A stretch of DNA of 63,142 nucleotides, the filler included, from Squatina squatina (lineage: Eukaryota), in NCBI GenBank assembly GCA_031763465.1. It is 4 parts of 4 records of this genome, joined end to end, with 100 filler letters (N's around TTAATTAATTAA, not from the genome) between each part and the next. Parts side by side here need not be neighbours in the genome. Positions count along the whole stretch, not along the records: positions 47,759 to 63,142 come from JARFOE010000004.1; 3 more parts are not named here. One strand, given 5' to 3'. The position numbers were made by a program, and so were the translations under genes. Positions 61,912-63,142 of the stretch are shown here, one piece after another (the first letter of the stretch is position 1; each line of letters starts with the position of its first letter). The notes under the pieces were generated by a model that was not told where the DNA came from, did no database searches, and worked only from the letters and a program-made list of their open reading frames with translations.

Positions 61912-61986
61912 TCAAAGTGCAGGCTCTTTTCTGTTAAGAAATAGATTGAGACTGCCAGAAACGATGTCACTTGTGACCTTTACCAG
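61912..61986 (-). CDS. Candidate terminal coding exon, gene unidentified (LVKVTSDIVSGSLNLFLNRKEPAL*)
   Basis: Good acceptor tctttcttctttgacag; phase 0 gives 24 codons to TGA while the other phases stop within 7 codons. No homology recognised. Confidence 0.3.
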   Translation of the reverse strand: MVKVTSDIVSGSLNLFLNRKEPAL

Positions 61987-63009
61987 CTGTCAAAGAAGAA
62001 AGACCTTCATTGCTTTCTCTCTGGGGNNNNNNNNNNNNNNNNNNNNNNNNNNNNNNNNNNNNNNNNNNNNNNNNNNNNNNNNNNNNNNNNNNNNNNNNNN
62101 NNNNNNNNNNNNNNNNNNNNNNNNNNNNNNNNNNNNNNNNNNNNNNNNNNNNNNNNNNNNNNNNNNNNNNNNNNNNNNNNNNNNNNNNNNNNNNNNNNNN
62201 NNNNNNNNNNNNNNNNNNNNNNNNNNNNNNNNNNNNNNNNNNNNNNNNNNNNNNNNNNNNNNNNNNNNNNNNNNNNNNNNNNNNNNNNNNNNNNNNNNNN
62301 NNNATGGTCTAGCACACATTTATTTTACTGGCAGCAATTACATTTCACTAGCTATATAATTTGCAGCAGTGTAAAATGTCAAGTCGCCATTCCTGTAACC
62401 CAATGTTGTGTTCCATGCTTTGCCTTAAACATGTTTAAATTATCAACACCACCTTTCAGCTAAACAGGTATTCCAAGGTTGATTACTGTCCGCGGGAAAT
62501 TAATTAATCTCCATGAGCCATTAAACTTTAGCATATACAAAAATTTCCATTGATTTCGTGCCTATTCACAAAGATCCATGAGCATTAAATAGAAGCTTCT
62601 GTTAAATGGTTAGAACATTGGACTGTCAACTGGCTGATCATTACTAAATTTTTCATCTGCCTGTAAGCCAGCAATATGTATGGTGCATATAAAGTGCACA
62701 TTTAATTAATAAGAGAAATATGACAGTACAGTTGACTTCATATAAATTCAACCCTAACCCAAATATGGATTTCTAATGTACTAAAACCATATCCTGTGCG
62801 GTCTTGTGTATAATTATTGATCCAAGCATAACATTCAAACACAAAATATGGATTGAACCATAAACGTTCCCTGCTTACTCAATTTTACCCTCAGCTTGCA
62901 CACTGTGATGCTGAAAAGTAAAATTCTATTATTGCAGTGCAAGGGTACTTAAACATCCAAATTACTGGAATATTAATCACAAACTACTAAAATAAACACA
63001 TAAAACATG

Positions 63010-63142
63010 TTAAAAACAGAAAATGGTGGAAAACACAGCCAGTCACGCAGAAAAAGAGTTAACTTTTTAGATCGATGACATAATAAGACCATAAGAAGTA
63101 GGAACAGGAGTAGGCCATTCAGCCCCTTGAACTTGTTCTTCC
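63010..63142 (-). mobile_element. Penelope-like terminal remnant (63010-63080) followed by a CR1-type tail (63083-63142)
   Basis: aaaacagaaaatggtggaaaacacagc...agagttaac resembles 3090-3175. It is followed by taagaccataagaagtaggaacaggagtaggccattcagcccc. Confidence 0.65.

Noticed and set aside
61990-62359. ORFs spanning the 277-N gap
   Set aside because: Gap read-through; no evidence of coding.

Overview
This is vertebrate nuclear DNA, not prokaryotic. The repeat content (CR1, L2, RTE and Penelope-like retroelements, Deu-domain tRNA SINEs, GC-rich TIR elements) points to a cartilaginous fish, probably a shark. The window is not one locus: it is four draft scaffolds (1-20580, 20681-33439, 33540-47658, 47759-63142) joined by an artificial 44N-TTAATTAATTAA-44N spacer, and each scaffold is a chain of short contigs separated mostly by 100-N placeholder gaps. 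Recognisable coding sequence is limited to isolated exons: three ATRN exons (-), two KY-family (kyphoscoliosis peptidase-like) exons (-), one GINS2 exon (+) and one TUT1 exon (-). There is also a CpG-rich housekeeping-type promoter whose first exon ends ATG AAG|GTAAGT, plus a few unidentified exon candidates. Most ORFs in the supplied track are chance ORFs or gap read-throughs. I found no convincing novel multi-gene system. The most unusual observation is a GINS2 exon and a KY-like exon with back-to-back splice acceptors 105 bp apart on opposite strands with no gap between them, which is either a true interleaved gene pair or a chimeric contig. All family assignments come from my recall of protein and repeat sequences; no searches were run, and repeat boundaries are approximate.
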